NCBI GenBank assembly: GCA_963813715.1
Contig: CAWFAK010000008.1
Span: 544,001-608,000, forward strand
DNA length: 64,000 nt
Reading direction: 5' to 3'
Source of the DNA: an uncultured Planctomycetaceae bacterium
Lineage (GTDB): Bacteria > Planctomycetota > Planctomycetia > Planctomycetales > Planctomycetaceae
Shown: positions 48,271 to 58,347 of the stretch, piece after piece
Numbering within the stretch: position 1 is the stretch's first letter
Layout of the letters: every line of letters begins with the position of its first letter
The notes under the pieces: model-generated
Told to the model about the DNA's origin: nothing
Database searches by the model: none
The model's input: the letters and a program-made list of their open reading frames with translations, nothing else
Program-made: the position numbers and the translations under genes

Positions 48271-48412
48271 CGCAGTCCTCGCGGTGTGAGCTGCCCGGAA
48301 GTGCCGCGATTGTAACGCCGTCGACAGCCTGTCGCGATCTTCGAGGAAACTCGTGCGCCGGCCGAACGAAAGCACGCAGCCAGATCGCCGTTCGCGATCG
48401 CCGCTCGACGTT

Positions 48413-48490
48413 TCAGGCGGCGGCCCCAACATGCCGCTCGATTCAGGCGGCGGCCCCAACGTGCCGCTCGATTCAGGCAGCGACCCGAAC
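48413..48490. repeat. 30-bp tandem repeat (about 2.6 copies) at the 3' end of lpxB
   Basis: TCAGGCGGCGGCCCCAAC(A/G)TGCCGCTCGAT repeated. Confidence 0.75.
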
Positions 48491-49640
48491 GCGGTCGACC
48501 GGAGCCAGATGGCTCAGAATGCGATCGGCCGTGCGGCCCGTCGCGCCAGGCTGGCCGATTTCCGCGCGGAGTTGTCGCAGCTCGCGGGCGACCTGGGCGA
48601 GCTGGTAAGGGCTGCCGATCCACTCGTTGACGACGGCCGCCATCTCGCGGACCGTGCGATCAGGTCGCAGCACGGGCATCCATTCGGGCATCAGGCGGCG
48701 GCCCGCGATCAAGTTGGGAAGCGTGATCGAATTGACGTGCACGAGCGGCCGCACCAGGGCATACGTCAGCGGACTGACCCGATAGAGAACCACGGCCGGC
48801 TTCGCCCGCGCCAGCATTTCCAAACTCACCGAACCCGAAACCATCACGCAACAGTCGGAGGCCTCGATGATCTCGGGCGTGCGGCCCAGGCAAAGCTCCA
48901 CGGGCAGCGACCGCGGCCGGGAGGCGAGCATCTTCTGGCAGCGCTCGCGATGGCGCTCTTTGTAGCAAGCGACGAGAAAATGCACGTCCGGGTGCCGCGC
49001 GGCCACTTGCTCCATCAGGTCGATCTGCAGCGGGAAGTTCGACTCGACCTCGTGATTCCGCGACCCGGGCAGAACGCCCACGATCCGCCGATAGTCGGCC
49101 TGGGCCTTGCGGCAGAACGCCTCGTCCAAGCGGCTCTCGGCCACGTCGTCAAAAAATGGGTGGCCAACGTATTCGGCGTGAAGCCCACGCTCGGCGTACC
49201 ACTTCGGTTCGAAGGGGAGTCCGCAGAGAATGTGGTCGACGAACTTCCGCATCCGCTTGATCCGCCACGGTCGCCCAGCCCCAAAGTTGGGGCGGCAGAT
49301 AATAAAAGACGGGGATGCCGGCCGCCTTCGCCTTGCGGGCGATCCACCAGTTGAAGCCGGGAAAATCGACCAGCACGACTGCGTCGGGCGGCGATTCGCG
49401 AAACATCCGCTCGGCCCGTTTGACGAGCGAGTAAAACTGCCAGAGCAGGGGGATGACGCGGAAGATGCCGACGACGGCCAGGTTGGTCAGTTCGTAGTTG
49501 ATGTCACAGCCGGCCTCGGCCATTTTCGGTCCGCCGTAGCCGCTGAACTCCAGATCGGGCTGACGCCGCTGGAGTGCGTGAATCAGGCGGGCCGCATGCT
49601 GGTCACCGCTGGGCTCGCCGACGGAGAAAAAGATCCGCAT
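48473..49640 (-). CDS. lpxB: Lipid-A-disaccharide synthase (frameshift near 49275)
   Basis: [49 protein letters not shown]. Confidence 0.93.
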
Positions 49641-49643
49641 GAT

Positions 49644-50381
49644 TCAGGCCGCTTTCGTCCGCGGCGTGGCCGCGTCGAATTGCTGGGTCGCCCAAGCACA
49701 GCAGGAGGCGGCGTCGGCACGGAGGGCCCGCTCCACCGCCCAATTCCACGTTTCGGGAGCGACCAGTTGCTGCGGCAGCCGCAGCACGGCGATCGCATAA
49801 CCGGCCGCTTGTTGCACGGCCGCGTGCAGACGGATCGACGGCATCAGGTGCAGACTGTCGTGAACTTCCTGAAAGTCCTGGTGGCCGGGCAGGGCGCCCA
49901 GGTGCCGCTCGAAGCAGCTGAAGGCATGTCCCATCAAATCAGCGCTGCCGTGTCCGACGGGGCACAGAAAGGCGATGCAGCCGGCCGGCGGCAAACGACT
50001 GATCAACTTGAGCGTGGCGGCGTAGGCCGCGCGTGACGACAGGGACCGATGATATTCGGACGCATCGCGGACCAGCACGACGTCGAATTCGGTGCGGATC
50101 GAGGGCAGGGGATCGCTGACCGACGCGCAACTGAAGCTGCAAGTCGGCGCGTTCCGCCGGGCGTCGAGAATATTTTTGGGCGATTCGTCGATCCCCGTGC
50201 ACTGGATGCCGAGCGAGTCGAAAAATTTCGCCAGCTCGCCCCGCCCGCAGCCGACTTCTAAAACGCTGAACCCCACGCCCAGGCGCAGCGCGGACAACAG
50301 CCGCGACATGACCTTACGGGGAATGCCGGTTTGCTCGAGCAGATCGCTCGATTCCGCGCTGAGACGCTGCCAGGGTGACAT
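49644..50381 (-). CDS. Class I SAM-dependent methyltransferase
   Basis: VLEVGCGRG, TGIDES, FDVVL. Confidence 0.75.
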   Translation of the reverse strand: MSPWQRLSAESSDLLEQTGIPRKVMSRLLSALRLGVGFSVLEVGCGRGELAKFFDSLGIQCTGIDESPKNILDARRNAPTCSFSCASVSDPLPSIRTEFDVVLVRDASEYHRSLSSRAAYAATLKLISRLPPAGCIAFLCPVGHGSADLMGHAFSCFERHLGALPGHQDFQEVHDSLHLMPSIRLHAAVQQAAGYAIAVLRLPQQLVAPETWNWAVERALRADAASCCAWATQQFDAATPRTKAA

Positions 50382-50539
50382 CACGCACCTCCCAAAGGGT
50401 CGGCCGGTGCGCTCTTTCGGACGGGGAAAGGTGAAGGGCCGAGCCAAGGGGGCGAAGAATATCGCGCGCCCCCGATCCGGGCAATGGCGGAATCCGGGCG
50501 AATTTCGCCGCTGGTTCGGCGGATGGAGAGGTCGCGCTT

Positions 50540-50662
50540 TGGGTGCCACGGTTGAGCTCGCTCAACCGTGCTCTTCGCGTCCAGCACCGTTATCAGCACC
50601 TAAAAAGAGCACGGCCGAGCCGAAGTGTCTCAGCCGTGGCACCCGAATTTCCGGACACCCTC
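50540..50662. repeat. REPIN (family B REP doublet) with one MITE-type end
   Basis: GGGTGCCACGGTTGAGC-TC-GCTCAACCGTG ... CACGGCCGAG..CTCAGCCGTGGCACCC, then GAATTTCCGGACACCCTC; homologous (inverted) to 54005-55303. Confidence 0.85.
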
Positions 50663-50783
50663 ATCCCGTGCTAAAATGAACGGGCGACGCTGCGATTCCG
50701 TTGCGGCTGCACAGAACTCCCGGATACAACCGTGGGCGCCGACCGGTGTATCCTCCAGTCACGGGTGACGAGCCAGAATTCGT

Positions 50784-51507
50784 ATGGGAAGAAATTTCGA
50801 GAATCGCAAGCAATCGATCTTCAAGAACGGCTGCTTCGAAATCCAAGCTCTACGCCAAGTACGGCAAGAAGTTGTACATGGCGGCCAAGAATGGCGTGCC
50901 CGACCCCCACGCCAATCCGGCCCTCCGCAGCATCGTCGAAAAGGCCAAGAGCGAAAACGTCCCGAGCCATGTGATCGAAAAGGCGATCCAGAAGGCGAAG
51001 GGCGGCGGGGGCGAGGACTTCCATCCGGCGCGTTACGAAGGATTTGGTCCCGGCGGCGCCTTAGTCATCGTCGATTGTCTGACCGACAACAATCAACGGA
51101 CGATCTCCGAAGTCCGCAGTTGTTTCACCAAGACCGGTTCCAAGTTGGCCGGCAATGGCGCCGTCGCGATGTCGTTCGAGCACGTGGCCGTCCTCTCCTT
51201 CAAGGGCGACAACGAAGACCAGGTGTTGGAAGCCATGCTCAACGCGGACGTCGCCGTTGAGGACGTCGAAAGCAAGGACGGCTACATTACGATCTTCGCT
51301 CCGCCTGCCGAGTTTTATAAAGCGAAAACGGCCCTGCTGGAGGCCCTCCCCGACGTCGAACTGGAAACGCAGGAAATCACCTTTCTCCCACAAGCCAGCA
51401 AAACGCTGAGCGCGGGCGACCAGTCGAGCTTCGAAAAATTCCTCGAGATGCTGCACGAGTGCGACGACGTGCAGGACATCTACCACAACGTCACGTTTCC
51501 CGGCTAG
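50784..51507 (+). CDS. YebC/PmpR family protein (frameshift near 50825)
   Basis: MGRNFENRK, YEGFGPGG, TDNNQRT, DDVQDIYHN. Confidence 0.92.
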
Positions 51508-51704
51508 CAGGCCGTTGACGTCGTTGTAAACACGGGTCGCCCAGCCTCCGATCCGGATTGCTGCCGCACGCGTCGATCCGACTCCACCGACGGTTTCCCC
51601 ACGCAATTTCATTGCGGCATGCGTGTGAGAGTGGTTGCGATCGGTGCGACCGTCAGTAGAGAATGGGTGCCGACAACAACCTGCTCAAACAAGGGAGAGG
51701 GGAG

Positions 51705-52190
51705 ATGCCGAAGCCCGCGAAGAACACGATTTGCCTGTGGTACGACGGCGGCGCCGAAGAGGCGGCGCGGTTTTATGCTCGGACATTTCCCGATTCCTCT
51801 GTGGGTAAGATTGTGCACGCGCCGGCCGATTATCCGGCAGGCAAGAAAGGAGACGTGGTGACGGTCGAGTTCACCGTGCTGGGCATTCCCTGCCTCGGCT
51901 TGAACGGCGGGCCCGTGTACAAGCACACCGAAGCTTTTTCGTTTCAGGTCGCGACCGCGGACCAGGCCGAAACGGATCGCTATTGGGACGCCATCATCGG
52001 CAACGGCGGAGAAGAGAGCATGTGCGGCTGGTGCAAGGACAAGTGGGGCCTGTCGTGGCAAATCACGCCGATCGTCCTGACGAAGGCTATCGCCGATCCC
52101 GATCCCGCCGCCGCCAAGCGGGCCTTCGAGGCGATGATGCAGATGAGAAAGATCGACATTGCCACAATCGAGGCGGCACTTCGCGGATGA
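51705..52190 (+). CDS. VOC family protein (3-demethylubiquinone-9 3-methyltransferase/PhnB-like)
   Basis: CLWYDGGAEEAARFY, LNGGP, CGWCKDKWGLSWQI. Confidence 0.9.
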   Translation: MPKPAKNTICLWYDGGAEEAARFYARTFPDSSVGKIVHAPADYPAGKKGDVVTVEFTVLGIPCLGLNGGPVYKHTEAFSFQVATADQAETDRYWDAIIGNGGEESMCGWCKDKWGLSWQITPIVLTKAIADPDPAAAKRAFEAMMQMRKIDIATIEAALRG

Positions 52191-52224
52191 AGAATTTCGT
52201 CAGAAGCGCGGCGCCGGTCGCGGG

Positions 52225-52947
52225 TCAGGCAGCCCGGCGGCGGCCTGCTTCGGGCCGTTCGGCCGCGGAAAGCTCGGAGAGAGCGGGTAACCCTACGGCG
52301 GCCCGGGCGATGGCGTCCTGTCGCGCCATTTCGGCCTGCAGTCGCTGCGCGTAGACCTCGAGTTCTTCCCGCTCCAGGTTGGGGGGGACGACGAATGCCG
52401 GACCGCCCCGTGCATGGATCCGCGTGAACGGCTTCGGCAGCTGCATATCGGTCCAACTGCCGGGAATCCGCCAGGCGCGGCGGCACGCGTAACCGGTGGG
52501 AATAATGATGCGACCCGAGCGCGATGCCAAATAGATGATGCCCGTCTTCATCTGGCGACGCGGACCGCGCGGTCCGTCGGGCGTAATGGCCACGTGCAGA
52601 TCGCGCACGCGGTCGAGCAGCTCTCGCAGGGCGCGGCTCGCCCCCCGCTTCGAGGAGCCCCGCACCGAACTGATGCCCAATCGCCGCATGGCCTCGGCCA
52701 GATAGGAGCCATCTTGATGCGGGCTCACCAATCCGGCCATTTTCTTCGGCCGTCCGGCGAAACAAGTCATCAAAATGTCGTCGTGCCAGATGCAATACAG
52801 AAACCGGCGGTCACCCGTGTCCTCGTAGGGGCAGCACCCGTCGACTTCCGTGGCGACCTCGATCCGGCACGTTTTGAACAGCGCCCGCACGAGCACGACC
52901 GCGACGAAGGCCACGAGCTTCGTAAGATAGCGGTTGCGGATCTTCAG
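52225..52947 (-). CDS. DUF374 lysophospholipid acyltransferase family protein
   Basis: IWH, SPHQDG, VRGSS, TPDGPRGP, SWTDMQLPKPF; start uncertain. Confidence 0.85.
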   Translation of the reverse strand: MKIRNRYLTKLVAFVAVVLVRALFKTCRIEVATEVDGCCPYEDTGDRRFLYCIWHDDILMTCFAGRPKKMAGLVSPHQDGSYLAEAMRRLGISSVRGSSKRGASRALRELLDRVRDLHVAITPDGPRGPRRQMKTGIIYLASRSGRIIIPTGYACRRAWRIPGSWTDMQLPKPFTRIHARGGPAFVVPPNLEREELEVYAQRLQAEMARQDAIARAAVGLPALSELSAAERPEAGRRRAA

Positions 52948-52969
52948 AGACCGACTCCGACGGCGGGAA

Positions 52970-53086
52970 GCACGAAATCCGAATGAAATGACGAAAAAAT
53001 GTCCAAATGACCTAAGCCCGAAGGAAGACAGTTTTCCCTTCAGGGCTTCGGGCTTCCTTCGTCATTTCATTCGAGCTTCGGGTTTG
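52970..53086. repeat. Inverted short-tandem-repeat element
   Basis: CGAATGAAATGACGAA...TTCGTCATTTCATTCG and AAGCCCGAAG/CTTCGGGCTT arms. Confidence 0.65.
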
Positions 53087-53299
53087 CGCCCGGAGATTGT
53101 ATCGACCCGCGGAAATCCTCAAATCCCAGTTGCCCAGGGCCTCAGTCCGCCTTTGCCTCAAAACCTCATTCGATTGCGCTCGGGCCTGTGAATTGTTGGA
53201 GAAACCCCCTACGGGCGGACACTGGAGCAGCAGCGCGAAGGGTGAGGGGCCGCGCGGCCATGCGGCATCCAGCGCAGTCCGTCGGGCTCGTTCGCGCGG

Positions 53300-53830
53300 T
53301 TAGGCGGGAACGTACGTCAACCGAATCAGGTCCTCGCCAATGAGATCGCTGCTCACAAGGCGGAGCGGCGGCCGGGGGCCGGTGAAGAATGGCTTGCCGC
53401 GACCAAGTACGATGGGGTGGAGGTAAAGTCGATACTCATCAATAAGACCAAGTTTGGTGAGGCTTCCTGCCAGGTCTGGTCCCGCAACGTCAATCTCCCC
53501 AACGTGCTGAGCCTTCAGCCCACGGATCACCGCCTCGATGTCATCCTCGACAAGCGTGGCGTTGGGCCCGACCGACTTCAACGAGCGCGACACGACCCAC
53601 TTCGGATGGCTCCGCCACGCCGCCGCGAACTCGCGTTCCTCCGCGACCCAATCCGGAAGGTCATCGTCCCAATAACGCATGACCTCGTACGTGCGGCGAC
53701 CGTACACCATGCCCGTCAGGTCGCGCACTTGCTCGATGAAGTGACGAAAGAGCGCCAGGTTTGGCCTAAATTCCAGATGGTCGACGTAGCCATCCAAGGA
53801 CTGGTTCAAGCCATAGACGAGCTTTGCCAT
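53300..53830 (-). CDS. Dihydrofolate reductase / RibD C-terminal family protein
   Basis: QSLDGYV, YGRRTYEVM, LIDEYRLYLHPIVLGRGKPFF. Confidence 0.9.
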   Translation of the reverse strand: MAKLVYGLNQSLDGYVDHLEFRPNLALFRHFIEQVRDLTGMVYGRRTYEVMRYWDDDLPDWVAEEREFAAAWRSHPKWVVSRSLKSVGPNATLVEDDIEAVIRGLKAQHVGEIDVAGPDLAGSLTKLGLIDEYRLYLHPIVLGRGKPFFTGPRPPLRLVSSDLIGEDLIRLTYVPA

Positions 53831-53961
53831 GCGACAAAATCTCCACCCCAGGTTCTTCAGAAAAGCTCGAGCCGACGTTCCGCAGGAGTCGGTTGGGCAC
53901 GATCTGCTCGCCGCATGTCAGTGTAACCAATAACCCGAGGTCCGCTTTGGCCGATTGTGCC

Positions 53962-53986
53962 GGGTGCCATGCCCACAGCTTTGGGT
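53962..53986. repeat. Family A REP, interrupted by a MITE end
   Basis: GGGTGCCATGCCCACAGCTTTGGGT then GAGACCGTCC. Confidence 0.75.
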
Positions 53987-54096
53987 GAGACCGTCCGGTA
54001 ATTCGGGTGCCACGGCTGAGACGCTTCGGCTCAGCCGTGCTCTTCCGGTTGCTGATGACGGTCGCGGCATCGTGAAGAGCACGGTTGAGCAAGCTC

Positions 54097-55279
54097 GAGG
54101 GGATCCGGGAATTAGGCGCTCTAAGAGAAAGGGTCTCCGTGGGTTAATGTTTTTTTGTCACAAAGAACATTGGCCCCACGGGAGACCCAAGGATGGGACA
54201 TTCTACCCGCGCCTCAGCAAGCCTGCATGCGTTGGTGAAGTTGATGATTCCTGTGTGCCAGCGTGCTGAGAGAGAGCACCCGCGTCGCGGTCCGGGACGA
54301 CCACCGGAGATTGCTGATTGGGTCATGCTCGTGCTCGTAACCGTCGCGATTCTCAAATACCGTCGGAACAAATCCGCCCAATACCGATTTCTCAGTCAAA
54401 ACCGAGCCAAGCTTTTGGAATGGATCGGGACCACCCGGTTCCCGTCACGCAGCACGTACTGTGAGCGTTATCGAAGGGCCCATCGCCTGTTTCAGGTTGC
54501 CGTTCGTCTTCAAGGCAGGTGTCTGTTGAAGCATCAAGTCGGCGACGCACGTTGTGTGGCTGTCGACAAAAGCCTGATTCGGTCGTTGGGTCCGAAGTGG
54601 CCAAAACGGCTGCGCATCCAAGGAAAGCTTTTGCGGGGTGTGGACCGTGAGAGCACGTGGGGCTATTGCAAGCACCATGGTTGGGTCCAGGGCTACTCCT
54701 ACGAAGTCCTACTTTCTGCGGGGAAAAAGGGACTTGTTGTGCCCCTCTTGGCGTCGGTGAATCAGGCTCACTGGAGTGAGCACCGGTCATTCCCCGAAAA
54801 GATTCCACACTTGCCTCGACCCACCAAGTACGTCTTGGCGGATAGCGGCTACGACGGCAATGACCACGCTGACGCCATCGAGCGAGATTCGCGTGGCAAC
54901 CCGACAGGCCGGCGGTTTTTATGCCCTCAAATCTACCGAGGAGGACATCGTCGCCAGCCGGGACCATTTCACGACGCACATCGTGCTCGAAGAGAAGTCC
55001 GCACTCGCCGGGAGGCGCGATATCAGTACTTCCAGACGAAGACAGCCCGGCTTCACTATTCGCGGCGAGGCAGAACCGCCGAGCCGTTCCACGAATGGTT
55101 CAAATCCACATTCCAACTTCACGAGCGAGCCTGGCACCGTGGCTTGGACAACAACCGCACCCAAGTTCTCGGCGCCCTGTTCGCCTACCAGCTACTCGTT
55201 CGCTACAACCGCCGAAAACACAAACACAACGGCTCAGTTCGCTGGATCCTCGACGGCCTCTGAATTCCCGGATCCCCTC
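54097..55279 (+). mobile_element. 1183-bp DDE insertion sequence (IS5/IS1182/IS4-like) inserted in a REP hairpin
   Basis: Perfect 17-bp IRs GAGGGGATCCGGGAATT / AATTCCCGGATCCCCTC; 10-bp direct repeat GAGCAAGCTC at 54087-54096 and 55280-55289. Confidence 0.92.
54193..55263 (+). CDS. DDE transposase (356 aa)
   Basis: VAVDKS, LADSGYD, Y..R..TAEPF..FK catalytic pattern; fills the IS. Confidence 0.9.
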   Translation: MGHSTRASASLHALVKLMIPVCQRAEREHPRRGPGRPPEIADWVMLVLVTVAILKYRRNKSAQYRFLSQNRAKLLEWIGTTRFPSRSTYCERYRRAHRLFQVAVRLQGRCLLKHQVGDARCVAVDKSLIRSLGPKWPKRLRIQGKLLRGVDRESTWGYCKHHGWVQGYSYEVLLSAGKKGLVVPLLASVNQAHWSEHRSFPEKIPHLPRPTKYVLADSGYDGNDHADAIERDSRGNPTGRRFLCPQIYRGGHRRQPGPFHDAHRARREVRTRREARYQYFQTKTARLHYSRRGRTAEPFHEWFKSTFQLHERAWHRGLDNNRTQVLGALFAYQLLVRYNRRKHKHNGSVRWILDGL

Positions 55280-55763
55280 GAGCAAGCTCAACCGTGGCAC
55301 CCAAGGCAAATCTTCCCTCTGAATTCCCGGACAGTCTCACGACACACGTATGCCACCTAGCGGAGCCCCACGCCCCATCGCGCGGTGGGACCACTTTCGG
55401 CGCCCCCCTTATATTAAATGTGAGGGTACCGTCACGGCGGGACCACTTTTTTGTTGTCCCGGCGGGTCCACTTGTCCCACCGGCGCATCGCCTCGGATGA
55501 GTCCGCCGGCTTGGCTGGAAGGCGATCGGCGACCTCCGCCTGGTCATGCCGCTCGATCCCGTCCCAGTCCCACTCAGGGTGGACGGGCCGGAAATAACGG
55601 CCCAAGTCTGCCGGGGATCCTTTTTCCCCCCTATGTGAAAACGGATCCCCACCACCAGCAGAAAGCCTCTTTTGTTCCGCCTGGTCCTTCCCGGCGGGCA
55701 AGTTTTGACCGCAACTCACTTCTCGCGGCGGTCGCGGGATCGTATGTGGCGATCGCCCGCCCC

Positions 55764-55869
55764 GCTGGTTCCGTAGGACAAGCTGCCAGCTTGTCCCCTT
55801 GTCCCATGTTTCAGCTTCGGAATCGGGGACTGGAGCGGGCAAGCTGGCAGCTCGCCCTACGGAACCAGC
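55764..55869. repeat. GTAG-type REPIN (family C)
   Basis: GCTGGTTCCGTAGGACAAGCTGCCAGCTTGTCC ... GGCAAGCTGGCAGCTCGCCCTACGGAACCAGC. Confidence 0.8.
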
Positions 55870-56620
55870 CGCCCGGGTTTGTCTCCGGTCCCGTCCCATT
55901 GAGAATGTGTCTGAGAATGTGTCCGGACCGGATTTTTCCCGCCCAACGGGAATTCGCGCTGCGCGTCCGGACCGACGACAGCCGAGTGGGCGATGTCGAG
56001 ATTTGCCGGGAAATGCTCGATAAAACAACGTGTCCCGTCCCGGTCCCGTGTCCGGTCCCAGCCCTGACCGGCAATCACGTTCGCTCGCGCACGCTCGGCG
56101 TCGCCGAAGCGCACTCGCGTTCAACGATCTCCGTGGTCCACGCGGGCATGGCTCCTGCTGTCGCGCGAAGGGCGCGCATCGCAACCGGCCGCGAAACACG
56201 TCGCTATTTTCATTCAGCCACAAAATGGTGGTTTGAACAAGATCGATTTTCTACGCCGCCGCTCTCGTGTCCGTTTGTCGCACGGACAGAACTACGGAGA
56301 CGAAATCGCAGAGCATTGTGGTTGGCGCAGGGCCTCAAGAAGCATCGATGCCGCCGTCCTCTTGACGCGGAACGGGAGCGACAAGAGCCAAGGCCTTCAA
56401 CAAAAAAATGCCAAGCTCCTCATGAAGGTCCCCGCTGCGAATGTTCTTGTCGCGCATACCGGGCGTGGCGCATGCTCACTTCTGCCGTTCGCCGAAAGCC
56501 GCCGCTCGAAATTGAAAAACGCGGATCAACGACTTCTTGCAATTACGCAACTTGTCAAATGGCGTGTTTTCCTGGCTCGCAGCGTTCCGTATCCCTTCGG
56601 GGTTCAAGGCGAATGCTCGG

Positions 56621-57588
56621 TCAGGAGCTCCGTTCGCGACGCGACATGGACACTCTATGACGCCACACGTCCCGAAGTGCCTGGGTCACGTTGTCATGCG
56701 TCGGCATCAGATGGGCCTTTGAAATCCCCTCAGCAAATAGCAGCCGCTTGAGCTCCCAAATTGCGTTAGCTGCCAACGTGTGCTTAACGAGCGACCCAGC
56801 CGGCAACAGCCTTTCGTACCGTGGCCACGCGCCATCCAAGAGATAGTTAGCATCGGCCCCTCCAATATATGTGAACAAGCCTTCTTGCGCATTCAGGAAG
56901 CCGATTTCGCTCCGGTCGACTGTCATTACCTTGACTCTCGTTTTCGAAAGGGCGAGATGTTGGAGGCTCAGTCCCCAAACGGCGATCGGGTCTTTCTGTC
57001 TTTGCGAAGCTGAATCGGCGGCGAAGAAGGCGGCTTTCTCGGCGCGATATGTCCAATCGAGAAAACGGGTCCGGATGCCGTGGTGTTGAGCGATCGCACC
57101 GGCCAGCCTCCATGGGTCGGACGCGTCGTCGGCCTCGGTAAGCAAAAATGGGAGATGGAAACCCGAATACCATTGGAAACCCCCTCCAGGGATTCGTAGT
57201 CCCAGCTCGTCGAGCATCCGAACAAATTCGAACACCGCCGCAAATTCAAATCGCTTTCGAACAATGAACGATCGGATCCTCTTCTTCCTCCAATGCGAAA
57301 TGTCGCGTCGAGCGTTTCGGCTTCTGCAGCCGCATCACTCAGATCGACCGCGGCATCATACAGCTGGAACAGTTGGTCTGATCGGACCTCCGGTCGCCAG
57401 AGGGATGGAACGAGCGCGTATCGCGATTTTGACTGTCCTCGAAAGATCCATTGGCAGTGCCACGATCCGTCCTTCAGCCAATGCCTCGAGGAGCGGCGAA
57501 GGTCGGCCAGAAATGGCGCGGCTTCGTCGTAAGAACGCTCGATGATTTGGCAAAGGTGGGGTTTCCGAGGTCCGCGTTTTTTTGCCAA
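56621..57588 (-). CDS. FRG domain protein (frameshift near 57250)
   Basis: WIFRGQ...LVPSLWR in ORF 56968..57588; AQHHGIRTRFLDWT...AAFFA and NAQEGLF in ORF 56621..57235. Confidence 0.85.
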
Positions 57589-57675
57589 TCCAGTGTCTCC
57601 GGTGCCGACACTTTAGTTTAACCGCCATGCGAGCGGAAACAGGGACACACTGTGTCGTGCCCAAAGCTCGGCGCC

Positions 57676-57709
57676 GGGCGCCATTCCCACGGCTCGGCGT
57701 GGGCATGTC
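57676..57709. repeat. Family A REP abutting the RAYT stop codon
   Basis: GGGCGCCATTCCCACGGCTCGGCGTGGGCATGTC. Confidence 0.75.
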
Positions 57710-57710
57710 T

Positions 57711-58284
57711 TCAACCTCGAGAGGTACGCGGAAGTGAGGATTGATCGACGCGGAGAAGCCCGCTGCCGGGACGCTCATATTCGACAGCACTTGACCACTG
57801 CCACGCGGTTGGAGTTGGACAGAGTCCCCGTCGCACTGCGTTTGCGTGGATATAGTCGATCTCGGCCCACACTGTCTGTGGTTCCATCAGGTTGCGGTCG
57901 TAGCCGCCGCCACGCTGCCAGAAGCGGTAGTGAAGTCGGCCACCCGGCTGCCGATCTTCCATCCGTGAAAGAAAGGCAGGAGCCGATCTTCGCACGTGTG
58001 ACAAGACTTTCAAGGAGACCGGCTGTTTTACTGAAGTCAAAAACTCGCTGATCGAATATCGCGGTTCCCGAGGCCACACGAGCAAATGCACATGCTTCGG
58101 CATGATCACGTAGGCCCAGAGATCAAATGTATGCTTTTCCTGCGCTTGATCGATCGCCTCAACGAGCCAGCGGCGGGTTCGCTCTTTCGACAGAAACGCA
58201 CGCCGACAGAAACAGGAAAACGTAAGTGAATGGGCTTGTCCCAGCTCGTTATACCGACGACACGTTCTTGCGGTGGCCGTTCAT
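57711..58284 (-). CDS. REP-associated tyrosine (Y1/HUH) transposase, RAYT (frameshift near 58266)
   Basis: Reconstructed AHSLTFSC...LWAYVIMPKHVHLL (HUH), FWQRGGGYDR, YIHAN (catalytic Tyr), WQWSS; flanked by inverted family A REPs. Confidence 0.88.
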
Positions 58285-58347
58285 GAGGAAGAACTGCTGC
58301 GACGATCAGAACAATCTCCCGTCGCGACATTCTGCCAAGCATTCTAG

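Larger units (their letters stand above)
53987..55338. mobile_element. MITE (about 159 bp after removing the nested IS) carrying a family B REPIN
   Basis: Ends GAGACCGTCCGGTAATTC (53987-54004) and GAATTCCCGGACAGTCTC (55321-55338) match the ends of the MITE at 58369-58518; no TSD seen. Confidence 0.6.

Noticed and set aside
48413..48490. CRISPR array
   Set aside because: Contiguous tandem units with no unique spacers; no cas genes in the window.
56233..56751. 172-aa plus-strand ORF as a partner of FRG
   Set aside because: No recognisable motif, and it overlaps the FRG end; coding status unsupported.
57711..58284. IS200/IS605 TnpA with TnpB/IscB RNA-guided nuclease
   Set aside because: No RuvC ORF adjacent; motifs and flanking REPs fit a RAYT.
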